Source: Candidatus Eiseniibacteriota bacterium
GTDB lineage: Bacteria; Eisenbacteria; RBG-16-71-46; SZUA-252
DNA length: 64,000 nucleotides
Direction of reading: 5' to 3'
NCBI GenBank assembly: GCA_963703225.1
Contig: OY969801.1
Location: forward strand, 2,464,001 to 2,528,000
How positions within the stretch are numbered: position 1 is the stretch's first letter; each line of letters starts with the position of its first letter. The notes below the pieces were generated by a model. It was not told where the DNA came from, did not search any database, and was given only the letters and a program-made list of their open reading frames with translations. A program made the translations under genes and the position numbers. This document shows positions 51,000 to 60,330 of the stretch, in pieces.

Positions 51000-52033
51000 A
51001 GCGGCTTCGCGCCGCGATCCTCCGCTGGTACCGGAAGAATCGTCGTGATCTGCCCTGGCGTCGCACCAACGACCCCTACGCGATATGGGTCAGCGAGATC
51101 ATGCTCCAGCAGACCCGGGTCGAGACGGTGATCCCTTACTACGACCGATTCCTGCGCCGATTCCCCAATGTGAGATCCCTCGCCCGGGGGAGGGAGAACG
51201 ACGTTCTCGCCGCGTGGTCGGGCCTCGGCTACTACGGCCGTGCGAGAAACCTCCACCAATCAGCCGGCCTACTCGTTCGAGAGCACGGGGCCAAGATTCC
51301 AGCAGAGCTGGCGGATCTCCGCCGCCTTCCGGGCATCGGCGCCTACACGGCCGCGGCCATCGCGAGCGTCGCGTTCGACCGTCCCGCGGCGGCTGTGGAC
51401 GGGAACGTGATACGGGTGCTCGCGCGGATTCACGGACTGCGAGGGCGCCGCAACTCGACCGCGCTCCGACGCCAGGTCAACCCACTCGCCGAGGCTCTGG
51501 CCGAGGGACCCCATCCGGGTGACTGGACACAGGCGCTGATGGAGCTGGGGGCCACCATCTGCCTCCCGCGGGCGCCGCGCTGCGAGAGCTGCCCGGCGCG
51601 GGTGGTCTGCGCCGCCCGCCGGAGCGGCGACCCGGATCGCTACCCGGAGTCCGCCGCGGCACCGGTCCCCAGGCGGGAGGCGCGGGTGATCCTGCTCGTG
51701 CGTCGGAACGGCCGAGTCCTCCTGGTCCCGGAATCGGCGGAGAACTCCCGGGTCTGGTCGCTGCCGACGGCGCCGAGCAAGGGGCGGGGCAAGCGCGCGG
51801 CGGAGGTCTTGGCGAGAGGTCTCGGACAGCCGGGAGATCTCCGTGGTCCGACCGCCCGATTCCGCCACCGCACCTTTTCCCACGACCTGGAATTCCAGGT
51901 TTGGGAGACCGAATCACCCCCCGGAAAGGCCCCGGGCGGGGCCTGGCGGTGGGCCGATCCCAAGTCCATCGAAAGGATTCCTTTGCGAGGCCCTACTATT
52001 AAGGCAATCAACAGGTTACGCAGCAAAGAGTGA
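50996..52033 (+). CDS. mutY: A/G-specific adenine DNA glycosylase
   Basis: RDLPWR, SEIMLQQT, WSGLGYY, LPGIGAYT, VDGNV, C-x6-C-x2-C-x5-C. Confidence 0.95.
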   Translation: MKRLRAAILRWYRKNRRDLPWRRTNDPYAIWVSEIMLQQTRVETVIPYYDRFLRRFPNVRSLARGRENDVLAAWSGLGYYGRARNLHQSAGLLVREHGAKIPAELADLRRLPGIGAYTAAAIASVAFDRPAAAVDGNVIRVLARIHGLRGRRNSTALRRQVNPLAEALAEGPHPGDWTQALMELGATICLPRAPRCESCPARVVCAARRSGDPDRYPESAAAPVPRREARVILLVRRNGRVLLVPESAENSRVWSLPTAPSKGRGKRAAEVLARGLGQPGDLRGPTARFRHRTFSHDLEFQVWETESPPGKAPGGAWRWADPKSIERIPLRGPTIKAINRLRSKE

Positions 52034-52062
52034 TTCCATCCTAGGCCGAAATGTGGTACAAT
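52006..52062 (+). promoter_or_regulatory. IHF-consensus site plus extended -10 promoter upstream of the S8 peptidase
   Basis: AATCAACAGGTTA (52006-52018) matches WATCAANNNNTTR; TG-G-TACAAT at 52054-52062. Confidence 0.5.
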
Positions 52063-52129
52063 ATTTGTCTTGATGGAGCTCTTCCACCTTAGTGTTCCAC
52101 TGCGACTCCCCAGCCAGCCCGAGGAGCCC

Positions 52130-54679
52130 ATGCAGCCACGGCCATCCTTCCCGCTCCACCTCGCCACCGTGCTTTTCCTCTCCCTCACCCTGTGCCTCTC
52201 GTCGGGCACCGCGGCGGCCACCCCTGCGCCCAGCCAACCGGGCGGAATCAGCAGGCTCCCGATGGCGCTCCGGGCGCCCGTGGACCCCACGCTCAAGATC
52301 AACCAACGCTTCCTGTCGCCAGGCGTCCAGGGCGTCACGATGGTCGACCTGTTCATCCAGGGCGATATTCAGCCGGAGCTTCTCCGCGCCCGCGGCATCG
52401 AGGTGAACACCGTGGCCGGCGGCTTCGCCACGGCGCGGTGCCCGCTCGGCCTGGTCAACAATCTCCTGACGGTGCCTGGAATTCAGCGCCTAAAGATCGC
52501 CGAGCGCTGTAAGCCGAATCTCGATTTGAGCGCGATCGACGTCGGCCTCCCCTTGGTGCGTACCAGCGTGCCGCCCGACTTCACGGGAGAGACGGGTGAG
52601 GGCGTCATCATCGGCGACGTGGACTCGGGCATCGATCTCGCGAACCCAGACTTCAAGCACCCCGACGGCACGACGCGGCTCATCGCCTTATGGGATCAGA
52701 CCGAGTCGGGCGCCGCACCGCCGGGATTCTCCTACGGCGCCTACTACACGCCCGCGCAGATCAACGCGGGGCTATCGACCGAAACCGATACCGATGGGCA
52801 CGGGACCCACGTGTTGGGCATCCTCGCGGGCGACGGAAGCTCGACCGGAAACGGAGTCCCCGCGTTCACCTACGTCGGGGTCGCTCCCAAGGCGGACATC
52901 TGCTTCGTCAAAACGGACTACAGCACGACCAAGATCATCGACGGGGTGAACTTCATCTTCCAGCGCGCCGCGGCGCTCGGAAAGAGGGCCGTCGTGAACC
53001 TGAGCCTCGGCACGCAGGACGGCCCGCACGACGGGACCTATCCCTTCGACACGATGATCAACGCGCTGACGGGCCCCGGCAAGATCGTCGTGGCCTCGGC
53101 GGGCAATGCCCAGGAAGACGGCATGCACGGCCAGCTCACGTTGAGCACGACGCCGCAAAACATGACCCTAAACATTCCCAACTACACGCGGAACATTGGA
53201 GCCGGGAATGACTACCTTCTCTTCTCGGGGTGGTACAAGGGGGGTGACCAAATCGCGCTCAAGATCACGACCCCGCGTGGGGCCGTCATCGGGCCCGTTC
53301 TGGCCTTCACCGACTTGACCGACGTCGCCACGGTCGACGGCTACATCAACATCCTGAACGGAACGGGCCTGAGCCCGAACAGCGACAATGAGATCTACAT
53401 CGAGATCTTCGACGCCATCGCGACCCAATCCCCAAGGCAGGGGACGTGGACATTCGAGTTCACGCCGACCGTCATCACCTCGACGGGCCAGGTGGACATG
53501 TACCTCTTCAATAACGGCCTGGGGAACGGGCTTGTCCTGACCCCTTGGGTGCAGGGCCTCTTTGTCGGTGGCGTGGTCGGATCACCCGCCTCGGCTGATT
53601 CGGTGATCGCGGCCGGGGCGCACACGACCAAGGCCTGCTGGTCGTCGATCGACGGATCCGGCTATTGCTGGAACCCGCTGCCCGCGCTGAACGACATCGC
53701 CGTCTTCTCCAGCTGGGGACCGCTGCGGAATGGCGCGTTGAAACCGGACATCACGGCCCCCGGCTTCGGCGTCGCGTCGTCCCTTTCGGCAGACAGGACC
53801 CCGGCCGCGAATCCGGCTCTGGTCGTGCCGGACGGCGTCCACGTGATGGAGGCCGGGACGAGCATGTCGTCGCCGCACGTGGCCGGGGCGGCCGTGCTCC
53901 TTTTGGCCAAGCAGGACTGGTCGACCGCGGGGCCCTCAGCGATTCGCGCCCGGCTTCAGCAGACCGCGCGGACCGACGCCTTCACGGGTTCGGTACCCAA
54001 CGTGACGTGGGGCGCCGGGAAGCTCAACATCGCGGCCGCCGTCGTGCCGCTCATGGCGCTCCAGATCACGCACCCCGCGAAGGGTCAGTACCTTCCGCCC
54101 GGGAAGGTCGACTCCGTTCGCGTCAACGTGACCGGCCCGGGCGCGGCCGATTCCGTGGTTCTCGATCTTTCGACCAATGGCGGGGCTTCGTACACGATCC
54201 CGCTGGGCAAGCTCACCGGCGTCGCACCGGGAGTGCCGCGGTCGCTCTCCTTTTTCGTCGATCTCTCGATGTCCACGACCCAGGGCAAGGTGAGGGGCAT
54301 CGTTTACCGAAGCGGCAACACGACCGTGACCTCATTCTCCGACAGCCTCTTCCTCATCCAGGCTCCGACCGGCGTCGAGACGGTTTCGACGGCGGCGGCG
54401 CCCCGTTTTGAGCTGGGTCCCAACGCGCCCAATCCGTTCAATCCAGTGACCACGATCGCATTCGGAGCCGACAGGGCCGGACGGGTCTCCCTCCGGATCT
54501 ACAGCGCGCAGGGGGCCCTCGTGCGGACGCTGGTCGACAAGCAGATGCCGGCGGGGCAATACCGAGTGCGCTGGGACGGCCGAAACGACGCGGGCAAGTC
54601 GGTCGCCTCGGGCGTCTATCTCTACCAGCTCTCGACGGCGGGGAAACACCTCACCCGAAAGATGAGCCTACTGAAGTAG
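52130..54679 (+). CDS. Secreted S8 subtilase (CspA-like insertion) with C-terminal FlgD/T9SS-type domain
   Basis: VDSG, HGTHV, GTSMSSPHVAG triad; PNPFNP...WDGRND..SGVY. GAGGAG RBS. Confidence 0.92.
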   Translation: MQPRPSFPLHLATVLFLSLTLCLSSGTAAATPAPSQPGGISRLPMALRAPVDPTLKINQRFLSPGVQGVTMVDLFIQGDIQPELLRARGIEVNTVAGGFATARCPLGLVNNLLTVPGIQRLKIAERCKPNLDLSAIDVGLPLVRTSVPPDFTGETGEGVIIGDVDSGIDLANPDFKHPDGTTRLIALWDQTESGAAPPGFSYGAYYTPAQINAGLSTETDTDGHGTHVLGILAGDGSSTGNGVPAFTYVGVAPKADICFVKTDYSTTKIIDGVNFIFQRAAALGKRAVVNLSLGTQDGPHDGTYPFDTMINALTGPGKIVVASAGNAQEDGMHGQLTLSTTPQNMTLNIPNYTRNIGAGNDYLLFSGWYKGGDQIALKITTPRGAVIGPVLAFTDLTDVATVDGYINILNGTGLSPNSDNEIYIEIFDAIATQSPRQGTWTFEFTPTVITSTGQVDMYLFNNGLGNGLVLTPWVQGLFVGGVVGSPASADSVIAAGAHTTKACWSSIDGSGYCWNPLPALNDIAVFSSWGPLRNGALKPDITAPGFGVASSLSADRTPAANPALVVPDGVHVMEAGTSMSSPHVAGAAVLLLAKQDWSTAGPSAIRARLQQTARTDAFTGSVPNVTWGAGKLNIAAAVVPLMALQITHPAKGQYLPPGKVDSVRVNVTGPGAADSVVLDLSTNGGASYTIPLGKLTGVAPGVPRSLSFFVDLSMSTTQGKVRGIVYRSGNTTVTSFSDSLFLIQAPTGVETVSTAAAPRFELGPNAPNPFNPVTTIAFGADRAGRVSLRIYSAQGALVRTLVDKQMPAGQYRVRWDGRNDAGKSVASGVYLYQLSTAGKHLTRKMSLLK

Positions 54680-54713
54680 CTGGAGTAGCGCTTCCCCCGC
54701 GTCACGCGCGCGG

Positions 54714-55682
54714 TCACGCGAAGGAGCGGGAAGCGACCGCAAGCCCTGCGATGTGGCGGTCCAGGGCGGCGCAATCGCCGAAGTGGAGGACGCCCCTCCC
54801 CAGGACCGCCGGCCCGCGACCGCCAATCCAGAGGGAGACCCGCTCTGGAAGCCTTCGGCGCAACTCGAGGACGAGCGCGAAGGCATAAGCCTGCGGCGCC
54901 CTCGGTGAGATGTCCACGAGAACGGCCTCGAGCGGGACTTCCGCGGCCAAGAGCGCCAACTCCTCGGAGGGGACGCCGGGGCCTAGATAGACCACCCGCC
55001 ATCCCCTTGTCGCGGCGACCAAACTTTCCATGAGAAGCCCGATTTCCTGCTGATCCCCAGGGAAGGTCGTGGCCGCCACGGACGGACCGGAAGCGCGCCC
55101 CTCGTAGGAGCGCCTCAGATCCCGAAGCGTGTCGGCGAGCAGGGCCGACGCGAACTGTTCGTGACGGAGCCCGATCTCGCCCTCAAGCCTCGCTTCCGCG
55201 AGCCGCCGCACCCATGGCTCCGCGCATTGGTCGAGAAACCGGACCGAACCCAGCTCGGCCCAGAGCGCGCGGAGCCGGGCCCCCATCTCCTCCCGATCGA
55301 ATGACGCCGCGATGGTGAGAAGGTCACCGCCGAGGTCCGCGTCTTCGGCGCCTGCCGCGCGCGCGGCAATCGGCTCGGCCGCGGCAGTCGACCCGAATGC
55401 CGGCCGCGCCGGGGCAACGGCCGTCAATGAGGAGACGGCGATTGGAGGAAGGCCCAGGATCTCGGCCGGACGATGCCCGAGCGCAAGCGCCCGCCGGACG
55501 TCGAGGAGATGGGGAACCACTTGCTGGGCGTAGAGACGGTGGCCAGATGGCTTTCGCGTGGAGCCGGGGACTCCGTATCTCCGCTCCCACGTACGAAGCG
55601 TTGCCGCGGGGATGCCGGTCGCCCGAGAGAGCGCTCCGATCGTGAGCCACGCCCTTTCCCCGCCCCTGGCCATCCTTGCCAC
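54714..55682 (-). CDS. MerR-family regulator with B12-binding-like domains (CarH/LitR-like, degenerate)
   Basis: TLRTWERRYG..GHRLY; helical bundle; Rossmann GWRVVYLG. Start may be the ATG at 55673. Confidence 0.85.
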   Translation of the reverse strand: MARMARGGERAWLTIGALSRATGIPAATLRTWERRYGVPGSTRKPSGHRLYAQQVVPHLLDVRRALALGHRPAEILGLPPIAVSSLTAVAPARPAFGSTAAAEPIAARAAGAEDADLGGDLLTIAASFDREEMGARLRALWAELGSVRFLDQCAEPWVRRLAEARLEGEIGLRHEQFASALLADTLRDLRRSYEGRASGPSVAATTFPGDQQEIGLLMESLVAATRGWRVVYLGPGVPSEELALLAAEVPLEAVLVDISPRAPQAYAFALVLELRRRLPERVSLWIGGRGPAVLGRGVLHFGDCAALDRHIAGLAVASRSFA

Positions 55683-55722
55683 TCCCCCGAAGCTTGCCGC
55701 GCGCCTCTATTGCGAGCGCATT

Positions 55723-55755
55723 ATGAACTGATATTGAATAGAAACTGAATAGAAA
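55723..55755 (-). promoter_or_regulatory. Three tandem 11-bp direct repeats (CarH/CarA-type operator architecture)
   Basis: atgaactgata | ttgaatagaaa | ctgaatagaaa immediately upstream of the regulator. Confidence 0.65.
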
Positions 55756-55763
55756 ATGCCCGT

Positions 55764-57710
55764 CTAAATTCCGTAGGCCTCAGGGTCCCACTTGAGACCA
55801 AGCTCTGACGGGGGTGCCATGTAACCGGCCAGGGCCGAGGCCGCGACCACGGCCGGGCTCGCCAGGTATCCCTCGCCCCCCACCCCCATTCGATTCTGCC
55901 AATTCCTGTTGAACGAGGTGATCGCGCGCTCCCCCTTGGAGAGCGAGTCCGGCCCTTGCCCGAAGCAGGGCCCGCACCAAGATTCCCTGATCTCCCCTCC
56001 GGCCCGGCGAAAGACCGCGGCGATCGAGTCCCCTCCGAGCCGCGGGTCGCCCCGCTCGATCAGCCGCTTGACCGTTCCGCTTCCTGGGAAGATCACGAAC
56101 TCGTATCCCTTCCGGATCTTCTCGACGCCGACGTCGCGCGCGCCGTGGATCACGAGCGCGGCCTGGAGCAGGTCGTCGTAGCCGCCGTTGGTGCAGGAAC
56201 CGATCATCGCCTTCTGAAACGTGATCCGCTCCGTCGCCACTTCCTCCGCGGGGAAGGCGTTCCCTGGGCTAAAGGGCTTGGCGATCATCGGCGCGACCGT
56301 CGTGAGATCGAGCGTCTCGTCGATTTCGTATCGGGCGTCCTCACCGGGCGTGACCCGGGGATAAGGAAGGGCGAATCCACGCTCCCGATACCACGCCTCG
56401 GTCACCTCGTCCTGCGCGAAGATCCCGTTGAGGGCTTCCCCCTCCGCCATCATGTTCGCGATCGTATTCCGGTAGGGAATGGGCAACTCGCGCCCTCCGT
56501 CGACGAACTCGACCGACATCCCCTGCGACTGCCTCACGCCCCAGCCCTGGAGCAGGCGAAGCACGATGTCCTTGCCACTCACCCAGGGCTGGAGCTTCCC
56601 CGCGAACACGACGCGCCGCTGCTTGGCGACCGTGACGTAGATGTATCCGGTCGCCCAGCCGAATCCGAGCGTGGTGCTCCCCACCCCGATCCCGACCGCG
56701 CCGTACGCCCCGTATGCCCGGCTGTGCGAGTCGGCGCCAGGGTAGAACCCGCCCGGCGCGATCAATCCCTGCTCCGGGAAATAGAAGTGGAAGATGCCCG
56801 TGCCCGGCGGCGCGTAGTGCGGCGCCCGAATTCCGTGCTTCTGCGCGAACTCGCGCGAAATCGAGGTCTGCTTCTCGTCGGCCGCCTTCCCCGTGAAAAC
56901 GAAATGATCGTTGGCCACCGCGGCGAGCCGAGGGGGAACGTTCGGGTCTCCGACGATCTGCTGGAACGTGTGAATCGAGAATGGCGCGGTGCCGTCGGAG
57001 GCGGGCAGTAGTTCCGCGTACGCCTGAATCGTGGCACCCGGTTTGACCTCGGCCCTCCTGTCAACCCGATGCGCCCAGAGGATCTGTTCCGTGGCGGACA
57101 TGTGCCGCGCCTCGAGGGGATTGGGGAATTCGACCACCGGTTTCTTCCCCCGGGTCGCCGCGAACTCCCGCCGCCCCATGGCGATGATCCCTCCGCTCGC
57201 GCGAATCTCTTCTTCTTTCGCCGTCAGGGGCTTGGGCGCGTAGCTCTTCCCCTGGGTCGCGTTCCGAAGGCCGCGCGATTCGACGTCGAATTCCAGCTCG
57301 TCCCCGTCCCGCGCGTCCTCGACCGCTTCCAGACTCTGGGCGACGTGGAGCCCCAGGTTCACGGCGTTTCGCCGGAAGATGTCCCCCATGTTGGCGCCGC
57401 AGACGACCACCATCTCGCGACCCACTTCCTCCGCGATGCCCTTCAGCCCCGCGGGCGACATCTCGCGCGAGGAGCCGATCGCGAAGCGATCTCCCGCGAT
57501 CAAGAAATTCTCTCCGGCGTGGACCCGCTTCCGAAAGTCAGGCATGAGGTGCCGGAACGCCCCCGTTTTCCATTTCTCGTCGAGCGTGGCGAGGCTCTCC
57601 GACACGCAGTCCTCCGCCGGCGTGATCTGATCGGTGTCGATGGCGTCGAGCTTCTTGCCCGGCCGCTTGGGGTCCCAGAAAATGAGGGCGCGGCCCCGGA
57701 TGGTCTTCAT
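55764..57710 (-). CDS. Aconitase-family dehydratase: LeuD-like swivel domain fused N-terminally to a LeuC-like domain
   Basis: IDTDQI, GSSRE, IFRRNAVNLG, then GADSHS, GSCTN, CGPCFG, NRN. Confidence 0.85.
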   Translation of the reverse strand: MKTIRGRALIFWDPKRPGKKLDAIDTDQITPAEDCVSESLATLDEKWKTGAFRHLMPDFRKRVHAGENFLIAGDRFAIGSSREMSPAGLKGIAEEVGREMVVVCGANMGDIFRRNAVNLGLHVAQSLEAVEDARDGDELEFDVESRGLRNATQGKSYAPKPLTAKEEEIRASGGIIAMGRREFAATRGKKPVVEFPNPLEARHMSATEQILWAHRVDRRAEVKPGATIQAYAELLPASDGTAPFSIHTFQQIVGDPNVPPRLAAVANDHFVFTGKAADEKQTSISREFAQKHGIRAPHYAPPGTGIFHFYFPEQGLIAPGGFYPGADSHSRAYGAYGAVGIGVGSTTLGFGWATGYIYVTVAKQRRVVFAGKLQPWVSGKDIVLRLLQGWGVRQSQGMSVEFVDGGRELPIPYRNTIANMMAEGEALNGIFAQDEVTEAWYRERGFALPYPRVTPGEDARYEIDETLDLTTVAPMIAKPFSPGNAFPAEEVATERITFQKAMIGSCTNGGYDDLLQAALVIHGARDVGVEKIRKGYEFVIFPGSGTVKRLIERGDPRLGGDSIAAVFRRAGGEIRESWCGPCFGQGPDSLSKGERAITSFNRNWQNRMGVGGEGYLASPAVVAASALAGYMAPPSELGLKWDPEAYGI

Positions 57711-57773
57711 GAGGGAATTGTATCGCGCCCGAGCGCGCGACCGCTACTCGAGGCCCAAGGGTGGAGGAGGAGT

Positions 57774-60239
57774 CTATCGGGCGCGGCGGATATCGTCGAG
57801 GGCGCGCTCGAAGGCGACCCGCACCATGTCGAGAGCCTCGCTCTGGAGGGCGTCCTGGATGGCCGACTCGGCGCGGGGCGACTTGAGCTTCTGGAGGGAT
57901 CCAGCGGCCGCGCTCCGAACCCGGAACCAATGGTCCCGAAGCAGCTCGACCAAACGAGCCTCGACGCGATCCTCCAAGACGCCGACCTTTCCCAGCGCCT
58001 TCGTGGCCGCCTCGCGCGCCTCGTTCCTGAACCGGGGCTGCGTGTGGTCGAGGAGGATCGGAACAGCCCGACGATCTTTCAAGACCGCCATCCCGTCGAA
58101 GATGAGATAGCGAAGCATGTCCCGGTGGCTGTCGCGGCCCAGCTCGGCCTGGAGGGCCTCGAACGCTCCCGGGCGGCCCATCCGGGCGATGCCGAGCAGC
58201 GCCACGCCGACATTGAACGAGGAGGTCTCCGTCGCGACCGCGCGCTTGAGCCGACGGAAGGCCGGGTCGTCGCCGATCCACGCCATGGCCCAGAGAATGG
58301 CCCGGCGGACCCTCGTGTGCTGCCCCGAGGCCAACGGGGCGATCCGCTCCACGAGGCCCGACACCTTTCGCCCGATCTCCCCCAGAGAAACCGCGGCCGC
58401 CACGCGCACGCCCCAGAAGCGGTCCCGCTTGAGCGCGCGGAGGAGCGCCGCAATCACCCGCTCGTCGCCCCGGGCGGCCAGCTCCCGCGCGCAGCGGATC
58501 CGCTCGAGCGAGAAGGGAGAGTGGCTCAGCCCAAAGATCAGCTCCTCGTGGGACCGGGGAAATTCCATCTGCTTGAGCACGTCGTGCTCGGGATCGAGCG
58601 CCACGTAGCGCGGCCTTGCCGGCAGCGGAACGTGGATCGTCTCCCTCCGCCCGTGGACGTCGACGGTCAGCCGAACCCTTTTTCCCGCCGTCACGATTTC
58701 CAGGGTCATCGGCAGGCGAAAGAGCGGCGTCACATCGTCGGTCTCCTGCACCTGCTCGACCGTGATGAGAAGGCTCTTCGCCGCCTCATCCCAAAGGCGG
58801 CTCACCCGAAGCTCGGGGTGCCCACCGTGGTGGGCCCACTGGTCGAAGAACCAGGAGAGATTTCTCCCGGTCTCATCCTCGCACGCGCGGCGCAGATCGG
58901 CGGTTTCGACCGGACCAAACGCGTGGCGCGCGAGATAGGTACGGATGGAGCGGCGCCAGGCTGCGTCGCCCAGGACCGCCCGGAGCATGTGCAGCACGCA
59001 TGCTCCCTTTTCATAGAGATGGCGGTCGAAAATTGACGTGGGGTACTTCCAGCGCGTCTCGACCAGGCGGCGGCGATAGTCCTCCCCGTCCTCGGAGAGG
59101 TAGGAGCACATCTGCTCCAGCCGTGCGAAGTCGGCGTCGTCCCGCCCGTCGTCGGCCTCGCGGTAGACGATCTCGGAATAGGTCGCGAAGCCCTCGTTGA
59201 GCCAGCCGTCCGACCACTCCCGGCACGTCACGAGGTCCCCCCACCACTGGTGCGCCAGCTCGTGCGAGATGAGCGAGTCGTAGCTCTCGTCAAACGAATC
59301 GGCGGCCGATTGAAGCGCCCGCTCGAAGAGCGTGGTCGCGCTGGTGTTCTCCATGCCGCCGTAGGTGAAGTCGGGGACGGTCGTCTGCGCGTACTTCGGA
59401 TAGGGATACGGGTAACCGAAAACCTTGGAGAAGGTCGCGATCATGTGCGGGGTCTTCCGGAAGAGCGCCCTCCCCTCGCGCTCCTTCCCGCGCGGGACGT
59501 AGCCGAGGACCGGAATCTTCCCGGCGCGGTCTCTGATCTCGACGTATTTCCCGACGACGAGCGACGTCAGGTACGCGGGATGGGGCGTCTCCTGGCGCCA
59601 GTGGAACGTGACGGTTCGCCCCCGGGCGTTCTTGCGCCGGGAGAGAAGCCGTCCATTTCCGATCGCCCGAAACCCAGCGGGGACGGTCGCGATCATTTCC
59701 AGCGTCGCGCGGCTTTCGGTGCTCTCCAGGCAGGGAAACCACCAGTGCGCGTCGTCCGCTTGCCCTTGGGACCACGCGCAAGGGGTGCGGTCCGGCTCGG
59801 CCTCGGTCGGCCCGACGAAGAAGAACCCCTTGCGTGGGCTCGTCGCGTAGTCGACCTCGAACGTCGCCCGGGCGCCCACGCGTAACGGCCGGGGCAGAGC
59901 GAGCCGGAGACTCTCCCCTTCCTGGGCGTGGGGGAGGCGCCGCCTGCCCGAGCGCACCGCGTCGATCCTCATTTCCGCCGCGTCGAGCACGACGTGACGG
60001 AGCCCGTCGCGGAGCGCTTCGATGGTCAGCGTGGCGCGACCCGTGAGCTGTTTTCGCTCCACGTCGACGGTGAGCCGAATTCGATAATGGCGAACGTGGA
60101 AATCCAGATCGCGGCGTGGCGAATCCGGAGCGTTCCATGGCTTTCGTCCGGAGGGTGGAAATGGATCGAACGGGGGTGTATCCAGCGCGGCCCTGCGGCC
60201 GAGGAAAGCAGGATGAAAGAATGGATCATGGACCGCCAA
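57774..60239 (-). CDS. M1 aminopeptidase with C-terminal HEAT repeats
   Basis: GGMEN, HELAHQWWGDLV..WLNEGFA, YEKGA. Confidence 0.92.
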   Translation of the reverse strand: MAVHDPFFHPAFLGRRAALDTPPFDPFPPSGRKPWNAPDSPRRDLDFHVRHYRIRLTVDVERKQLTGRATLTIEALRDGLRHVVLDAAEMRIDAVRSGRRRLPHAQEGESLRLALPRPLRVGARATFEVDYATSPRKGFFFVGPTEAEPDRTPCAWSQGQADDAHWWFPCLESTESRATLEMIATVPAGFRAIGNGRLLSRRKNARGRTVTFHWRQETPHPAYLTSLVVGKYVEIRDRAGKIPVLGYVPRGKEREGRALFRKTPHMIATFSKVFGYPYPYPKYAQTTVPDFTYGGMENTSATTLFERALQSAADSFDESYDSLISHELAHQWWGDLVTCREWSDGWLNEGFATYSEIVYREADDGRDDADFARLEQMCSYLSEDGEDYRRRLVETRWKYPTSIFDRHLYEKGACVLHMLRAVLGDAAWRRSIRTYLARHAFGPVETADLRRACEDETGRNLSWFFDQWAHHGGHPELRVSRLWDEAAKSLLITVEQVQETDDVTPLFRLPMTLEIVTAGKRVRLTVDVHGRRETIHVPLPARPRYVALDPEHDVLKQMEFPRSHEELIFGLSHSPFSLERIRCARELAARGDERVIAALLRALKRDRFWGVRVAAAVSLGEIGRKVSGLVERIAPLASGQHTRVRRAILWAMAWIGDDPAFRRLKRAVATETSSFNVGVALLGIARMGRPGAFEALQAELGRDSHRDMLRYLIFDGMAVLKDRRAVPILLDHTQPRFRNEAREAATKALGKVGVLEDRVEARLVELLRDHWFRVRSAAAGSLQKLKSPRAESAIQDALQSEALDMVRVAFERALDDIRRAR

Positions 60240-60330
60240 GGAGCCCCCCTCCGCTGGATCGCGAGGGAGGCATCCTCCCCGACCGGGGAGGGTCGTGTCA
60301 AGAGAGCCCGCTTCACGCTAGAATCGCCGG

